Assembly (NCBI GenBank): GCA_964526745.1
Contig: CAZGMQ010000009.1
Location: 929-64,928, forward strand
From: an uncultured Verrucomicrobiota bacterium
Lineage (GTDB): Bacteria; Verrucomicrobiota; Kiritimatiellia; CAIQIC01; Lenti-01
Reading direction: 5' to 3'
Length of the DNA: 64,000 bases
The notes under the pieces are model-generated. The model was given only the letters and a program-made list of their open reading frames with translations. It ran no database searches and was not told the origin of the DNA. Position numbers and translations under genes: made by a program. Below are positions 31,420 to 41,560 of the stretch, in pieces (positions within the stretch are counted from its first letter, which is position 1; each line of letters begins with the position of its first letter).

Positions 31420-33798
31420 CTAGAGTTGATGAAGCAGAACCTGCTGGAGAATCTTCGGATGCCAGGAGCGGATCAGAAAGTCCAGACGGGGCAGGACGGG
31501 GAGTCCGGCCGGAACGGGCAGGATTTGTGGCTTGTCCAGCAGCGTGAAAATGCGGCAGTTGCGGTTGACGGTCCGGACGGCTTCTCCGGCCTTGGAGGTG
31601 TAGGCCTGTTCGGTGAAATCACAGGTTTTGGGTCCGGGGCAGTGTCCCAGTCGTGCCGCATGAGGGCAGGATTCGGAGATGAACAGCGGGGGATCGCGAT
31701 GGACCGGCCAGACCATCTGATAGGGGTGGCGGGTCGCGAGTTCCGTGAGGTTGTGTGTGGTGTCTTCGGGGGACAGGGTGAATCGCGAGATCCCCTTCTC
31801 CTTCAGCGCGGCGATGGCTTCCGAGTTGAGCGTATAGAGCGCCCAGTCCGCCGAGAGGTCGAGATCATCCGCCTGTGGAATAAATTCCAGCGCAGACAGA
31901 TTGGCGGCTTCCCAGGAGCGGATACCGGCATCGAAGAAATGGCGGATCTGTTCGCCGAGGGGCTCGCGGTCCCAGGCGCGGGTGATGATCGGCAGCGCCA
32001 GGCGCAGGGCGATGTGCGGCGGCAGCGCGGCACGGAAGGCTTCCACCTGTTCGATGGACTCGCGCCCCAGCTCCACGATGACTTCGCTGATGTTGGGCAG
32101 CTCGGCGTTGGGGAAGGCGGCCAGCAGCGCGGAGGGTTGATCGGTTTTAAGCAGGCGGGTGATCGACTCGGGAGCGGGTGCGGGTTCCGCCGGCGCTTCA
32201 GACAGGGACAGGATAATCTCGTCGAGTGCCTGGTCCCGCGCGGTGCGGTGGAGGACTTCGAGGGCCTGGGTCAGTTCACGCCGGAGGGAATTCAGCTGGG
32301 AAACCGGAATGAACAGGGCCGGGCCGTTATACTCGAAGGTATTCAGCTCAAAGGGGGTGTCGCCCAGTTTGGCAAAGGCCTTTTTCGCACCGGCTTGCAT
32401 GGCCTCGGCCTGACGTGCGGCCTCGAATGGGCCTTCGAGCACGGAGGAAGCCGTCAGGGGACCGGCCTCTCCGTCTAGAATGGCCGTCGCTTCCACGCGG
32501 GTGTCGGACAGGGTTAGTGTCACATTAATCGGGAGTCGGATGCGCAGGTCGCGCGGATTGGGAATTTCAAAGCGGTAGCGCTGTTTGACCGCTTGCGAGG
32601 AGGAGAGGAAGAGGCGGGTACCTTTTGGGATTTCACGCGGGGCTTGAGCAGGAAGCGGTACTTCAATGATTTGGTCGGCGGGCACCTCGAAGGCGCGCCG
32701 TCCATTGATCAGACGGATTTCTTCGACTGCGAAACCAAAGGGGCGTGTTTCCCCTTCCAGTTCAAACTGAAGGCCATCATGGACTTGCAGCGGTAGCGTA
32801 TTTTTAAACTGGATAAAGTCCGGTCCGGTCTCATACACACGTCCGATTGGAGCGCCGCGATGGCCTGTGGTTTCGGGATCGATGACCCGGTGGTTGGTTC
32901 GATTACGCAGATAGAGCGGTGTCCAGGGGCGGGAGAAAATCGAGCGAAGATCGTTGGCGCAGGCTTCCTGCTCCCCGGTCTGAAAGGAGCGGTCCAGCAG
33001 TTTGCGGTGATAGTGGACGGCGGCCGCGACATACAGCGGCGTTTTTTTCCGGCCTTCGATCTTAAGGGAGGCCACTCCCGCCTTTGCCAGGTCTTGAATG
33101 GCATTTCCTCCGGCCAGATCCTTCATGGAAAAGACCAGTCCGCTGCCGCCGGGCGCCGCTCCGGCCGAATGCGAGGGACAGAAGGAATCCCGGCAGGGAT
33201 AGGCGCAGGCACCCCGGTTGCCGGATCGGCCTCGCAGCAGCGCGGAATAGAGGCAGAGGCCCGAATACGAGTAGCACAGGGCGCCATGCAGGAAGGCTTC
33301 CACCTGAACCGGGGACTGCTTGGCGATGGACTTGATTTCGTCCAGCGTCAATTCGCGGGCCAGCGTGACGCGTCGGAATCCCAGGCGTGCGGCCGCGCGT
33401 ACCCCTTCCAGATTATGGATGGCCAGCTGGGTGGAGGCGTGCAGGCGCAGAGAGGGGAAATGTTTCCGGGCCAGTCTCGCCACACCCAGATCCTGCACGA
33501 TGACGGCATCGACGCCGCATTCTGCGCAGAGCCCCAGTGAGCGGATCAGGTCCGGCAGCTCGGGTTCGCGGAGCAGCGTGTTCAGCGTGACATAGACGCT
33601 GCGCGCCCTCGGCAGGCTGTGCGCATAGGTGACGATCTCCTCCAGTTCACCTGGAGACAGGTTGACGGCTCCAGCCCGTGCGGAAAATCGAGACAGGCCG
33701 GTGTAGATGGCATCGGCGCCAAACGCAAAGGCCGCATAGGCGGAGGCCCGTTCCCCGGCGGGGGCGAGCAGTTCAGTGGCGCGGGAATTTCGCTTCAT
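31420..33798 (-). CDS. Large peptidase-U32-family protein with a DUF3656-like C-terminus.
   Basis: 792 aa; conserved U32 N-terminal region (GADAIYTG..., Cys-rich CAYPCR segment). Confidence 0.6.
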   Translation of the reverse strand: MKRNSRATELLAPAGERASAYAAFAFGADAIYTGLSRFSARAGAVNLSPGELEEIVTYAHSLPRARSVYVTLNTLLREPELPDLIRSLGLCAECGVDAVIVQDLGVARLARKHFPSLRLHASTQLAIHNLEGVRAAARLGFRRVTLARELTLDEIKSIAKQSPVQVEAFLHGALCYSYSGLCLYSALLRGRSGNRGACAYPCRDSFCPSHSAGAAPGGSGLVFSMKDLAGGNAIQDLAKAGVASLKIEGRKKTPLYVAAAVHYHRKLLDRSFQTGEQEACANDLRSIFSRPWTPLYLRNRTNHRVIDPETTGHRGAPIGRVYETGPDFIQFKNTLPLQVHDGLQFELEGETRPFGFAVEEIRLINGRRAFEVPADQIIEVPLPAQAPREIPKGTRLFLSSSQAVKQRYRFEIPNPRDLRIRLPINVTLTLSDTRVEATAILDGEAGPLTASSVLEGPFEAARQAEAMQAGAKKAFAKLGDTPFELNTFEYNGPALFIPVSQLNSLRRELTQALEVLHRTARDQALDEIILSLSEAPAEPAPAPESITRLLKTDQPSALLAAFPNAELPNISEVIVELGRESIEQVEAFRAALPPHIALRLALPIITRAWDREPLGEQIRHFFDAGIRSWEAANLSALEFIPQADDLDLSADWALYTLNSEAIAALKEKGISRFTLSPEDTTHNLTELATRHPYQMVWPVHRDPPLFISESCPHAARLGHCPGPKTCDFTEQAYTSKAGEAVRTVNRNCRIFTLLDKPQILPVPAGLPVLPRLDFLIRSWHPKILQQVLLHQL

Positions 33799-34739
33799 CC
33801 GTTGGATCTTTCGTTGGCCTTCAAGGCTTCTGCGGTATCGAGGGCGATTTGGGCAGCGGCGGCTTCGGGCGTGGGGAAGGGCATATGCCCTCGCAGGCGG
33901 AGGGTGAAGGAAATCTCCACCTCCTGATGATAGAGATCTCGATCCAGGCCCGGGATATGGATTTCAACCACGGAGCCGAAGTGGGTCTGGGCGGAATCGG
34001 CTGGATTCGGCACAAAGGCTGCGCCCGGATGGATTCCGTCTTCGAGGTGCAGCCGTGCGGCATACACGCCGGGGGCCGGCCGGATCGGCAGGTCTGGCTG
34101 GATGTTGGCGGTGGGGAATCCGAGGGTGCGGCCGACGGCGCGCCCGCGGACAACGGGTCCGGTCAGAGAGAAGAGGCGGCCCAGCATGGCGGCGGCCATC
34201 GGCATGTCCCCGGCCTGGACAGCGGTCCGGGTCCGGGTGCTGGAAATGGTTTGGCCTTCCCATTCAATATGAGGGACGATCCGGGCACGGAGCCCCAGCG
34301 ACCGGGCCAGAGTGGGCAGGGTCTTCTGGTTTCCTGCGCGGTCTTTGCCGAAGGTGAAGTTTTCGCCCACGACCACTTCGACCAGCGTCGGAAATTCGAG
34401 TTTCAAGAGAGAGAGAAAATCCTCAGGGCCCATTGCGGCCAGCTCGTGCGTGAAGGGGAGGGCATGGATCTGCTGGATGCCGCTGGAGAGAATCAGCCCG
34501 CGGTTCTGGTTGGGCGTGGCCAGCAGCAGGGGGGCATGACCCGGATTGAGCAGTTCTGCCACATGCGGCGTGAACGTGAGACAGCCGGCAATGCCGTCGG
34601 GGGCGGCGGCCTCTGCCGCGGCCTGGAAGACCGCCTGATGTCCGCGGTGCACACCATCGAACTGGCCGATCGCCAGCACGAGCGGGGCGGCGGAAACAGA
34701 ATGGGGGGTGGGTTCTTGCATATCGGGAAAATATAGCAC
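33795..34739 (-). CDS. ribF: Bifunctional riboflavin kinase / FMN adenylyltransferase.
   Basis: 314 aa with a GQFDGVHRGHQ nucleotidyltransferase motif; operon with truB. Confidence 0.8.
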   Translation of the reverse strand: MLYFPDMQEPTPHSVSAAPLVLAIGQFDGVHRGHQAVFQAAAEAAAPDGIAGCLTFTPHVAELLNPGHAPLLLATPNQNRGLILSSGIQQIHALPFTHELAAMGPEDFLSLLKLEFPTLVEVVVGENFTFGKDRAGNQKTLPTLARSLGLRARIVPHIEWEGQTISSTRTRTAVQAGDMPMAAAMLGRLFSLTGPVVRGRAVGRTLGFPTANIQPDLPIRPAPGVYAARLHLEDGIHPGAAFVPNPADSAQTHFGSVVEIHIPGLDRDLYHQEVEISFTLRLRGHMPFPTPEAAAAQIALDTAEALKANERSNG

Positions 34740-34778
34740 GCTCTCCGTGCGGGGGAAAGGGGCGCAGATGAATTTGGA

Positions 34779-35507
34779 CTAGGCCAGCAGCGGGAGGGCG
34801 GCGGCCAAGGGGATGATGTTGTTTTCGAGCGATGGAAGAGCCATCAGTTCCTCCAGCGTGAAGGAATTGGCCACATCGAATTTGCCGATCTTCGTCCTCC
34901 GCAGCTGCGACAGGTGGGCTCCGACCCCCAGCGACTGGCCGATGTCATGCGCCAGCGTCCGCACGTAGGTCCCCTTGGTGCATTCGACAACAAACCGGGC
35001 CTCGGGCGGAGTGAAGTCGAGTAGATCAAATCGGTAGATGTGGACCAGTTTCGGAGGGCGCTCGATCGTCTGGCCTTGGCGGGCCAGCTTATAGAGGGGA
35101 ACCCCCTTGATTTTGATCGCCGAGACCATCGGGGGGATCTGCATCTGATCGCCGATCCGCTTCGTCATCTGCTCCATCACCTGTTCACGGGTGATGGCGG
35201 ATGGATCCGCTTCTGCCACTGGTTTCCCCTGGGCATCCTGCGAATCGGTTTCCAGGCCCAGGCGAAGCGTTCCTGTATAGGTCTTATCATGTCCCATCAC
35301 GCGTTCGGAAATCTTGGTTCCCTTGCCCAGCATCAAAATGAGAAGTCCTGTCGCCATGGGGTCCAGGGTGCCGCCGTGTCCCACTTTCTTGATCCGGAAC
35401 TGCCGCCGGATGGCAGCCACAATATCGTGAGAGGTGGGGCCGGAGGGCTTGTCCACCAGAAGGAGGCCGTCATTCGGCCCGAGAGAGGGAAGGGAGGGCG
35501 TGTTCAT
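34779..35507 (-). CDS. truB: tRNA pseudouridine(55) synthase.
   Basis: LLVDKPSGPTSHD catalytic-Asp motif. Confidence 0.85.
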   Translation of the reverse strand: MNTPSLPSLGPNDGLLLVDKPSGPTSHDIVAAIRRQFRIKKVGHGGTLDPMATGLLILMLGKGTKISERVMGHDKTYTGTLRLGLETDSQDAQGKPVAEADPSAITREQVMEQMTKRIGDQMQIPPMVSAIKIKGVPLYKLARQGQTIERPPKLVHIYRFDLLDFTPPEARFVVECTKGTYVRTLAHDIGQSLGVGAHLSQLRRTKIGKFDVANSFTLEELMALPSLENNIIPLAAALPLLA

Positions 35508-35517
35508 AGAAAAACCG

Positions 35518-35925
35518 TTATTCGGTGGGTGGGGTGCCGTCTTCGACCTGGAAATCTTCAGCGGAATTCACTTCTCCGGTGGCTTCCATCTGCTGCAGAA
35601 GCTGAAGAACCTGATCTCCCTCTTCAATGGAGTGGTCGATCACAAAACGGAGCTGCGGGGTATAGCGGAGAACGATGTTTTTATTGAGGGTGGCCTGGAA
35701 CTCGGTCCGGTGCCGCTTCAGAATGGAAAGCACACGCTCCTGCTCGGTCTCATCGCCGCGGATGGAGACCAGCACGCGGCAGCTGCGCAGATCCACCGAC
35801 GTCTGCGGATGCGTGATGGTGACGGCGGCCGGATCAAAATCGGGCTGATTGATCACATGGTAGAGCTGGGTCCCCAGCTCGCGCTTGATCAGTTCGTTGA
35901 CGCGGGTGATTCGATTGGCTTTCAT
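35518..35925 (-). CDS. rbfA: Ribosome-binding factor A.
   Basis: 135 aa; conserved position after infB. Confidence 0.8.
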   Translation of the reverse strand: MKANRITRVNELIKRELGTQLYHVINQPDFDPAAVTITHPQTSVDLRSCRVLVSIRGDETEQERVLSILKRHRTEFQATLNKNIVLRYTPQLRFVIDHSIEEGDQVLQLLQQMEATGEVNSAEDFQVEDGTPPTE

Positions 35926-35957
35926 GGTTCGGCCTGTCCAGACCGCCCGGGAGCAGC

Positions 35958-38105
35958 TTACAGCTGCTGGGCGACCTTCTCGATTTCGTAGGATTCGATG
36001 ATATCGCCTTCAACAAAATTCGTGAAGTGGTCGAGAACAATGCCGCACTCCTGGCCTTCGCGAACGTCATTGGCTTCATTCTGGAAGCGACGGAGAGTGG
36101 CAATCTTGCCTTCGTAGATGATTTCGTCCTTACGGCGTACGCGGGCACGGCCCTTGAGCGTGACTTTGCCTTTCTGGCACATTCCACCGGCGACCTTGCC
36201 CCGTTTACCCATATCGAAGATCTGACGAATGACCACGTTGCCGTTGATGTGTTCCTTGATGATCGGTTCTAATAGACCGGTCAACAGGGCCCGCACTTCA
36301 TCCAGCATTTCATAGATGATGGAGTAGAGGCGAATTTCAACGCCCTTGCGTTTCGCTTCGGCTCCACTGCCAGTGTCCTTGGCCACATGGAAGCCCAGAA
36401 TGACGGCCTTGGAGGCGGAGGCCAGCAGCACATCGTTTACGGTCACACTGCCTGCTCCGGTGCCGATGATCGCGAGATCGACCTTGTCGCTCTCGATGCC
36501 TTCCAGCGAGCTGCGGATGGCTTCGAGAGAGCCCAGCACATCGGTTTTCAGGATGATGTTCAGGGTGCGCTTGTCGCTGCCCGATTTTTCCTGCAGCAGT
36601 TCATCCAGCGTCAGCGGCACTTTGGTCTCCGGATCCCCTGCGAGGGTTTGGATGCGTGCTTCGGCGGCGCGTTCATCTGCGACTTGTCGTGCTTCGCGGT
36701 CATTCTTGTAAATATGGAAGTCATTTCCAGGGTCCGGCACACTGGTCATCCCCAGAATCTTGACAGCCGAGGAGGGCCCGGCCGTGCGGATTTTTTTGCC
36801 CTGATCGTTGATCATCGCTTTGACACGGCCCCAAGAGGCCCCTGAGACGATGGCATCGTTCAATTGAAGCGTTCCGTTTGTTACCAAGAGATTGGCGGTG
36901 GGTCCCATGCCGGCTTCGAGGCGCGACTCGATCACAAAGCCCTGCGCCTTGCGGTGCGGGTTCGCTTTCAGTTCCAGCACTTCCGACTGCAGCAGGATCA
37001 TCTCAAGCAGATGGTCCATGCCATCGCCGGTGGTGGCGCTGACCTGGCAGCAGATGAGCTCTCCGCCCCAGTCTTCCGGTGCCAGCCCCATTTGCTGGAG
37101 TTGACGTTTCACCCGGTCCGGATTGGCCGAGCGCAGGTCGCACTTATTGATGGCAATGATCATGGCCACTTCAGCCGCCTGTGCGTGCTGAATGGCTTCT
37201 TTGGTTTGCGGCATGAGACCGTCTTCGGCAGCGATCACGATGACGGCGATATCCGTTAGATTCGCTCCGCGGGCCCGCATGGCCGTGAAGGCTTCATGGC
37301 CGGGGGTATCCAGGAAGGTGATGGCCCGTCCCTCATGCTCGACCTGATAGGCGCCGATATGCTGCGTGATGCCTCCATCTTCTCCGGCCGCGACCTTCGC
37401 CTTGCGGATGTAGTCCAGCAGGGAGGTTTTGCCATGATCGACATGGCCCATAAAGGTGACGACAGGCGGACGGGGCAGCAGATCGTCCTTCGTGTCCTCG
37501 ACGCCTTCCTGAACCGGCTCCGGCATGGGCTGTGGGGGAGGGGTCGTGGCTTTCTTCTCATGTTCGAGCACAAAGCCGAGTTCCCTGGCGATCGGTTCCG
37601 CCGTCTTGAAATCGATTTTCATGCTAATGGAGGCGAAGATGCCCTGTTTCATCAGTTTGGCAATCAGCACATTGGGTTTGATGCCGAGCATGTCGGCATA
37701 ATCCTTGACCGCCACATGGCCTTTGATGGCAACGGTCTTGGGCGGTTCCGGTTCTTCCGCTTCTTCCGGTGCCGCTTCGCCTTCTGCGGCCGGGGCGGCT
37801 TCAGTTTCAGCCTGCGGCGCCTCTACGGCTTCCGGCGTGGCGGTGGCGGCGGGGGCCTCGACGGCAGGAACGTCAGCTCCGGCCGCAGGGACTTCAGCTG
37901 CAGGGGCTTCGGCGGCGGTCTCTTCGGTCTGAACCGGCTCGGCGGGGGTGTAATAGATGCGCTGAATCTCGTCACGCAGGAACTGCTCCAGTTCAGGAGT
38001 TAGTTTGGCCTGTGTGCTTCGTACGCTACAGCCACGGGTCTGCAGAAGCCCGAGGAGCTCCTTCCCCGTGGTCATCAATTCTTTGGCTAGATCACAGATT
38101 CTCAT
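35958..38105 (-). CDS. infB: Translation initiation factor IF-2.
   Basis: GTPase motifs [12 protein letters not shown] and DTPGH; Ala/Glu/Pro-rich N-terminal linker. Confidence 0.9.
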   Translation of the reverse strand: MRICDLAKELMTTGKELLGLLQTRGCSVRSTQAKLTPELEQFLRDEIQRIYYTPAEPVQTEETAAEAPAAEVPAAGADVPAVEAPAATATPEAVEAPQAETEAAPAAEGEAAPEEAEEPEPPKTVAIKGHVAVKDYADMLGIKPNVLIAKLMKQGIFASISMKIDFKTAEPIARELGFVLEHEKKATTPPPQPMPEPVQEGVEDTKDDLLPRPPVVTFMGHVDHGKTSLLDYIRKAKVAAGEDGGITQHIGAYQVEHEGRAITFLDTPGHEAFTAMRARGANLTDIAVIVIAAEDGLMPQTKEAIQHAQAAEVAMIIAINKCDLRSANPDRVKRQLQQMGLAPEDWGGELICCQVSATTGDGMDHLLEMILLQSEVLELKANPHRKAQGFVIESRLEAGMGPTANLLVTNGTLQLNDAIVSGASWGRVKAMINDQGKKIRTAGPSSAVKILGMTSVPDPGNDFHIYKNDREARQVADERAAEARIQTLAGDPETKVPLTLDELLQEKSGSDKRTLNIILKTDVLGSLEAIRSSLEGIESDKVDLAIIGTGAGSVTVNDVLLASASKAVILGFHVAKDTGSGAEAKRKGVEIRLYSIIYEMLDEVRALLTGLLEPIIKEHINGNVVIRQIFDMGKRGKVAGGMCQKGKVTLKGRARVRRKDEIIYEGKIATLRRFQNEANDVREGQECGIVLDHFTNFVEGDIIESYEIEKVAQQL

Positions 38106-39379
38106 GCTTCTTCAGCTGCCTTTCCGTTTTCGCTCTCGAACGCAGCTTCCGCCGCTACCCGCACCTTATCGGCAATCTCGGCATCGAAGCCTTCGATATC
38201 TACCAGATCCTGGCTTTCCGCCGCCAGAATACCCTCCAGAGTGAGGAATCCGGCACCCACCAGCGCTGCGGCATATTCTGCCCCAATGCCGTCGAAGGCT
38301 GCCAACTGGTCGGTCGCACGCGAAATTCGTTCTTCGAAGGTGATGTCGTTCTCATCCTTCTGCACATCAATCTTCCAACCCGTCAGTTTGGCGGTCAGAC
38401 GCGCATTCTGGCCCTTTTTGCCAATCGCCAGCGAGAGCTGATCCGCTTCCACGATGACCGTCACGGCGTTCTCCAGCTCATTGATTTCGAGACGAAGCAG
38501 CTTGGCCGGGGCCAGCGAGTTGGTCACGAACGTCTTGGTGTCCAGGCTCCACTTGACGATGTCGACCTTTTCGCCTGACAGTTCACGGACGATATTCTTG
38601 ACGCGCTGGCCGCGCAGACCGACACAGGCACCGACCGGATCGACCTTTTCGTCGTTGGAGTGCACCGCAATCTTGGTGCGGAAGCCCGCCTCGCGGGCGA
38701 TTCCCTTGATTTCGACGGTGCCGTCGGCAATTTCGGATACTTCGAGCTCGAAGAGCTTCTTGATAAAGTCGGGATTGCTGCGCGACAGGGTCAGCTGGGT
38801 GCCCTGGGTCATGGAATCGAGATTGACCAGAAGGAACCGAATCCGGTCGCCCATCTGGTATTCTTCGTTTGAGACGCGTTCCTTGCTGGGCATGACGCCT
38901 TCGGCATCGCCCAGGTCCACAATCACGTCGCTCCGGTCGAAATGCCGGACGGAGCCGGTGACGATATCGCCCACATGATCCTTATAGGCGGCAAAGACCT
39001 TGTCCTTCTCCGCCATCCGCAGCTTCTGGATAATGGCCTGTTTGGCCGTCTGGGCCGCGATCCGCCCGAAATTGCGGGGGGTGACTTCGATTTCAATCAG
39101 ATCGCCGAGTTGGTAGTTCTTGCTGGGATATTGGGCCGCGGCTTCGCCCACCGAGATCTCTTCGGAACGATTTCGGACAAAATCCACAACCTCGATACTC
39201 GCAAAAGCCTTGATTTCCAGTGTTTTACGATCAACTTCGACGCGCAGATCCCGGACGCGGCCGATGCTCTTTCGGCCCGCCACCTGCAGGGAAGATTCCA
39301 CCAGTTCCACGAGGGTCTCGCGGTCCAGCTTGCGCTCACGCTCCATATACTCAAATACAGCTAATAATTCGTTGTTCAT
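38102..39379 (-). CDS. nusA: Transcription termination/antitermination factor NusA.
   Basis: S1 + KH domain pattern. Real start probably MNNELLAVFEYMERE... (ATG near 39379), not the ORF-track start. No rimP upstream. Confidence 0.85.
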   Translation of the reverse strand: MNNELLAVFEYMERERKLDRETLVELVESSLQVAGRKSIGRVRDLRVEVDRKTLEIKAFASIEVVDFVRNRSEEISVGEAAAQYPSKNYQLGDLIEIEVTPRNFGRIAAQTAKQAIIQKLRMAEKDKVFAAYKDHVGDIVTGSVRHFDRSDVIVDLGDAEGVMPSKERVSNEEYQMGDRIRFLLVNLDSMTQGTQLTLSRSNPDFIKKLFELEVSEIADGTVEIKGIAREAGFRTKIAVHSNDEKVDPVGACVGLRGQRVKNIVRELSGEKVDIVKWSLDTKTFVTNSLAPAKLLRLEINELENAVTVIVEADQLSLAIGKKGQNARLTAKLTGWKIDVQKDENDITFEERISRATDQLAAFDGIGAEYAAALVGAGFLTLEGILAAESQDLVDIEGFDAEIADKVRVAAEAAFESENGKAAEEA

Positions 39380-39630
39380 ATTCCAACCCTCCTCCCCACA
39401 CGGGGAAAAAGCACAGTACACCGCAACTCCCGATACGCAAAAGAGTGGGAAGAACCCACTCTCACGACCAGCCAGAGTTGTATTGACGGGGCAGAGACTA
39501 CTCTAGAGCCTCCTGTGCCGTCAACCCCCAAGTCCGGCTGTTTCCCAGCTCGCTTTCCGGGGGGGGGCAGATGGCGGAAGGGGGCATTTATCTTGTATTT
39601 TGGCAGGGGCTTGGCATCGTTTGAGTCCCG

Positions 39631-40452
39631 ATGAGCACACAGGACATCCAACCGGTCACCATCCTGATCCCGCACTACCAGACGCTGGACTCGATCCGCC
39701 TGTGTCTGCGGTCGATCCGCAAGTATACCCAGCAGCCCGTGACCGTCCGGGTGCTGGACAACGGCTCCACAGATGAATCTCTGGCCTATCTCCAGTCGCT
39801 TTCCTGGATCGAGCTGGTCCACACAGGGTGTGCCAATCACATCTGGAAAGCCCATTATAGGGCCCTGAATCAGGCTGTTTTGGATGTCACCACGCCCACG
39901 TTCCTGCTGCTGCACTCCGATACCTATGTGCATCACCCCGATTGGCTGGGCTATCTGTTCCGCCAGATGCAGGGCGGCATGGCCGCTGTGGGCCCCCGTC
40001 ACCAGCGGATTCCCGTCCGGACCCCGCTCTGGGGCGTCTCGGCGGCTGTACAGAGCCTGCGCTCGCGCGAGTTGAAGTCCGGATTGCCTACCTTACGCTC
40101 CTTCTGTGCGCTCTATGACACGGAACTCTTCCGGAAACTGGATTGCGGGTTTGTGACCCATGAGGGCGAAGACATCACCTTGGTCGCCAACGAAAAGCTG
40201 GTGGAGAACGGCTATCCTATCAAGGGGCTCTCCGCCTTCCACCTCTCGAAGGTTCTATTTCATGCTAGTGCCATTACGCTGATTGAGCAAGGGGTCGAGC
40301 CGGTCAAGCGGCAGAATATGGCCGAGGCCTGCCAGACCGGGGAAAGCTATGTCGACCGCCGCACCTATCGCCGCACCCGCCGGATGCTGGACCGGTTTGT
40401 GGCACTCCCGGCCACGCAGGCCATCCTCTCCGACAGCTCGCTCGACGCCTAA
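39631..40452 (+). CDS. Family-2 glycosyltransferase.
   Basis: ILIPHYQ...VRVLDNGSTDESL GT-A N-terminal motif. Confidence 0.6.
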   Translation: MSTQDIQPVTILIPHYQTLDSIRLCLRSIRKYTQQPVTVRVLDNGSTDESLAYLQSLSWIELVHTGCANHIWKAHYRALNQAVLDVTTPTFLLLHSDTYVHHPDWLGYLFRQMQGGMAAVGPRHQRIPVRTPLWGVSAAVQSLRSRELKSGLPTLRSFCALYDTELFRKLDCGFVTHEGEDITLVANEKLVENGYPIKGLSAFHLSKVLFHASAITLIEQGVEPVKRQNMAEACQTGESYVDRRTYRRTRRMLDRFVALPATQAILSDSSLDA

Positions 40453-41225
40453 AACGGGTCAAACAGCTCATTATCGTCCGGCCCGAACCATCCAATGGCG
40501 TGGCTTTCCGACCGCGCGTCGGAGCGTTCGATGCTCTCTGCCGTGACATGCCCGTCGCACCAGGCCACATTCGCTTTGCCCCGGTGCCGGAAATGGATGG
40601 ACGGCCACGGTGTGCCCCCGCTGGCAAACCGCGGCGGTTCAGCGAACGAATACTCAATCAGCCGGGCCTTTTTGCCGCTTCCCGTCAAAAATGCCGCATC
40701 GGCGAACATCACCGTGGTCGCGGGGGAGGCAATCGCCTGCGGACGCATCCCGACGCGGGTCCCGTCGCCGCCGTTCGGCAGACACACCTCCGAGCCCACG
40801 CCCAGCGCATTATAGCCATAGCCGCCGCAGGAGGCCTCAAATCCATCGGCATCGGGGCGGAATCCCGGGCACCGGCGCACCCATTCGCTGGCCCCGCCGC
40901 CGCCCAGATACTCCGCCAGCGGGCCTTTGGAACCATCGAACGCGTTGCCGTCGCGCACGCCGTGCCAGCGGATGGTGTTGGCGCCCTCGATATCGCTCGC
41001 CGCCGCCACGAATCGCCCGTGGTCCACCGCATACGCCAGGTTCGCCGCCACCAGCTGCCGCAGATTCGAGCGGCAGGTTGCGCCGCCCGCCGCCGCCAGC
41101 GCCGCCGTCATCGCCCCGGCCAGAATCGCCGCCAGCAAGCCGATCACCGTCATCACCACTATCAGCTCAATCAGCGTGAAGCCGGCGCCTCCAGCGCGTT
41201 TGCTCGCAACATGCCGTTTCCCCAT
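40449..41225 (-). CDS. Prepilin-type N-terminal cleavage/methylation domain protein of the H-X9-DG (DUF1559) family.
   Basis: MGKRHVASKRAGGAGFTLIELIVVMTVIGLLAAIL pseudopilin leader + helix. C-terminal HFRHRGKANVAWCDGHV = H-x9-DG. Start at 41225 sits directly beside repeat copy B. Confidence 0.8.
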   Translation of the reverse strand: MGKRHVASKRAGGAGFTLIELIVVMTVIGLLAAILAGAMTAALAAAGGATCRSNLRQLVAANLAYAVDHGRFVAAASDIEGANTIRWHGVRDGNAFDGSKGPLAEYLGGGGASEWVRRCPGFRPDADGFEASCGGYGYNALGVGSEVCLPNGGDGTRVGMRPQAIASPATTVMFADAAFLTGSGKKARLIEYSFAEPPRFASGGTPWPSIHFRHRGKANVAWCDGHVTAESIERSDARSESHAIGWFGPDDNELFDPF

Positions 41226-41228
41226 CCG

Positions 41229-41303
41229 TTTTTCCACACTATGGAAAAAGTTTTCGCCGATTTTCCATGGTATGGAAAAAATGTTTCCATAGTGTGGAAA
41301 AAT
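41229..41303. repeat. Three-box palindromic repeat element, copy B (inverted relative to copy A).
   Basis: TTTTTCCACACTATGGAAAAA / TTTTCCATGGTATGGAAAAA / TTTCCATAGTGTGGAAAAA. Lies immediately 5' of the H-X9-DG gene start. Confidence 0.85.
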
Positions 41304-41319
41304 ATTGGAATGGAGGTAG

Positions 41320-41377
41320 GGACGGCACACCGTGCCGTCCGAAAACCAACAGCCCGGACGCCTCGGCGAGGCGTCCC
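41320..41377 (-). terminator. Two perfect 9-bp hairpins downstream of the DUF4465-like gene (terminator-like).
   Basis: GGACGGCAC-ACC-GTGCCGTCC and GGACGCCTC-GGC-GAGGCGTCC. The minus-strand tail after the second is TTGGTTTTC. Confidence 0.4.
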
Positions 41378-41560
41378 TACCTGAAGGAGAAGGCTGGAAT
41401 AGAATGGGGGTCAGTCTTTTCATTCTTCTGACTTCTGAATTGGCACTCTGTTCGCTTCGCTCTCTCGTTCGCCACGCTTCGCATGGCGCTATAGAATTCG
41501 CGTTCACCCTGCGCCTTCCGGCTTGGGTTCTGCACTCATCTATTCTGACTCCTGTTGTTT

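Noticed and set aside
31051-32478. 475-aa plus-strand ORF.
   Set aside because: Antisense to the U32 peptidase gene; low-complexity Arg/Gly-rich translation.
39376-40002. 208-aa minus-strand ORF upstream of nusA, considered as a possible rimP.
   Set aside because: No RimP-like sequence; it is antisense to the glycosyltransferase gene.
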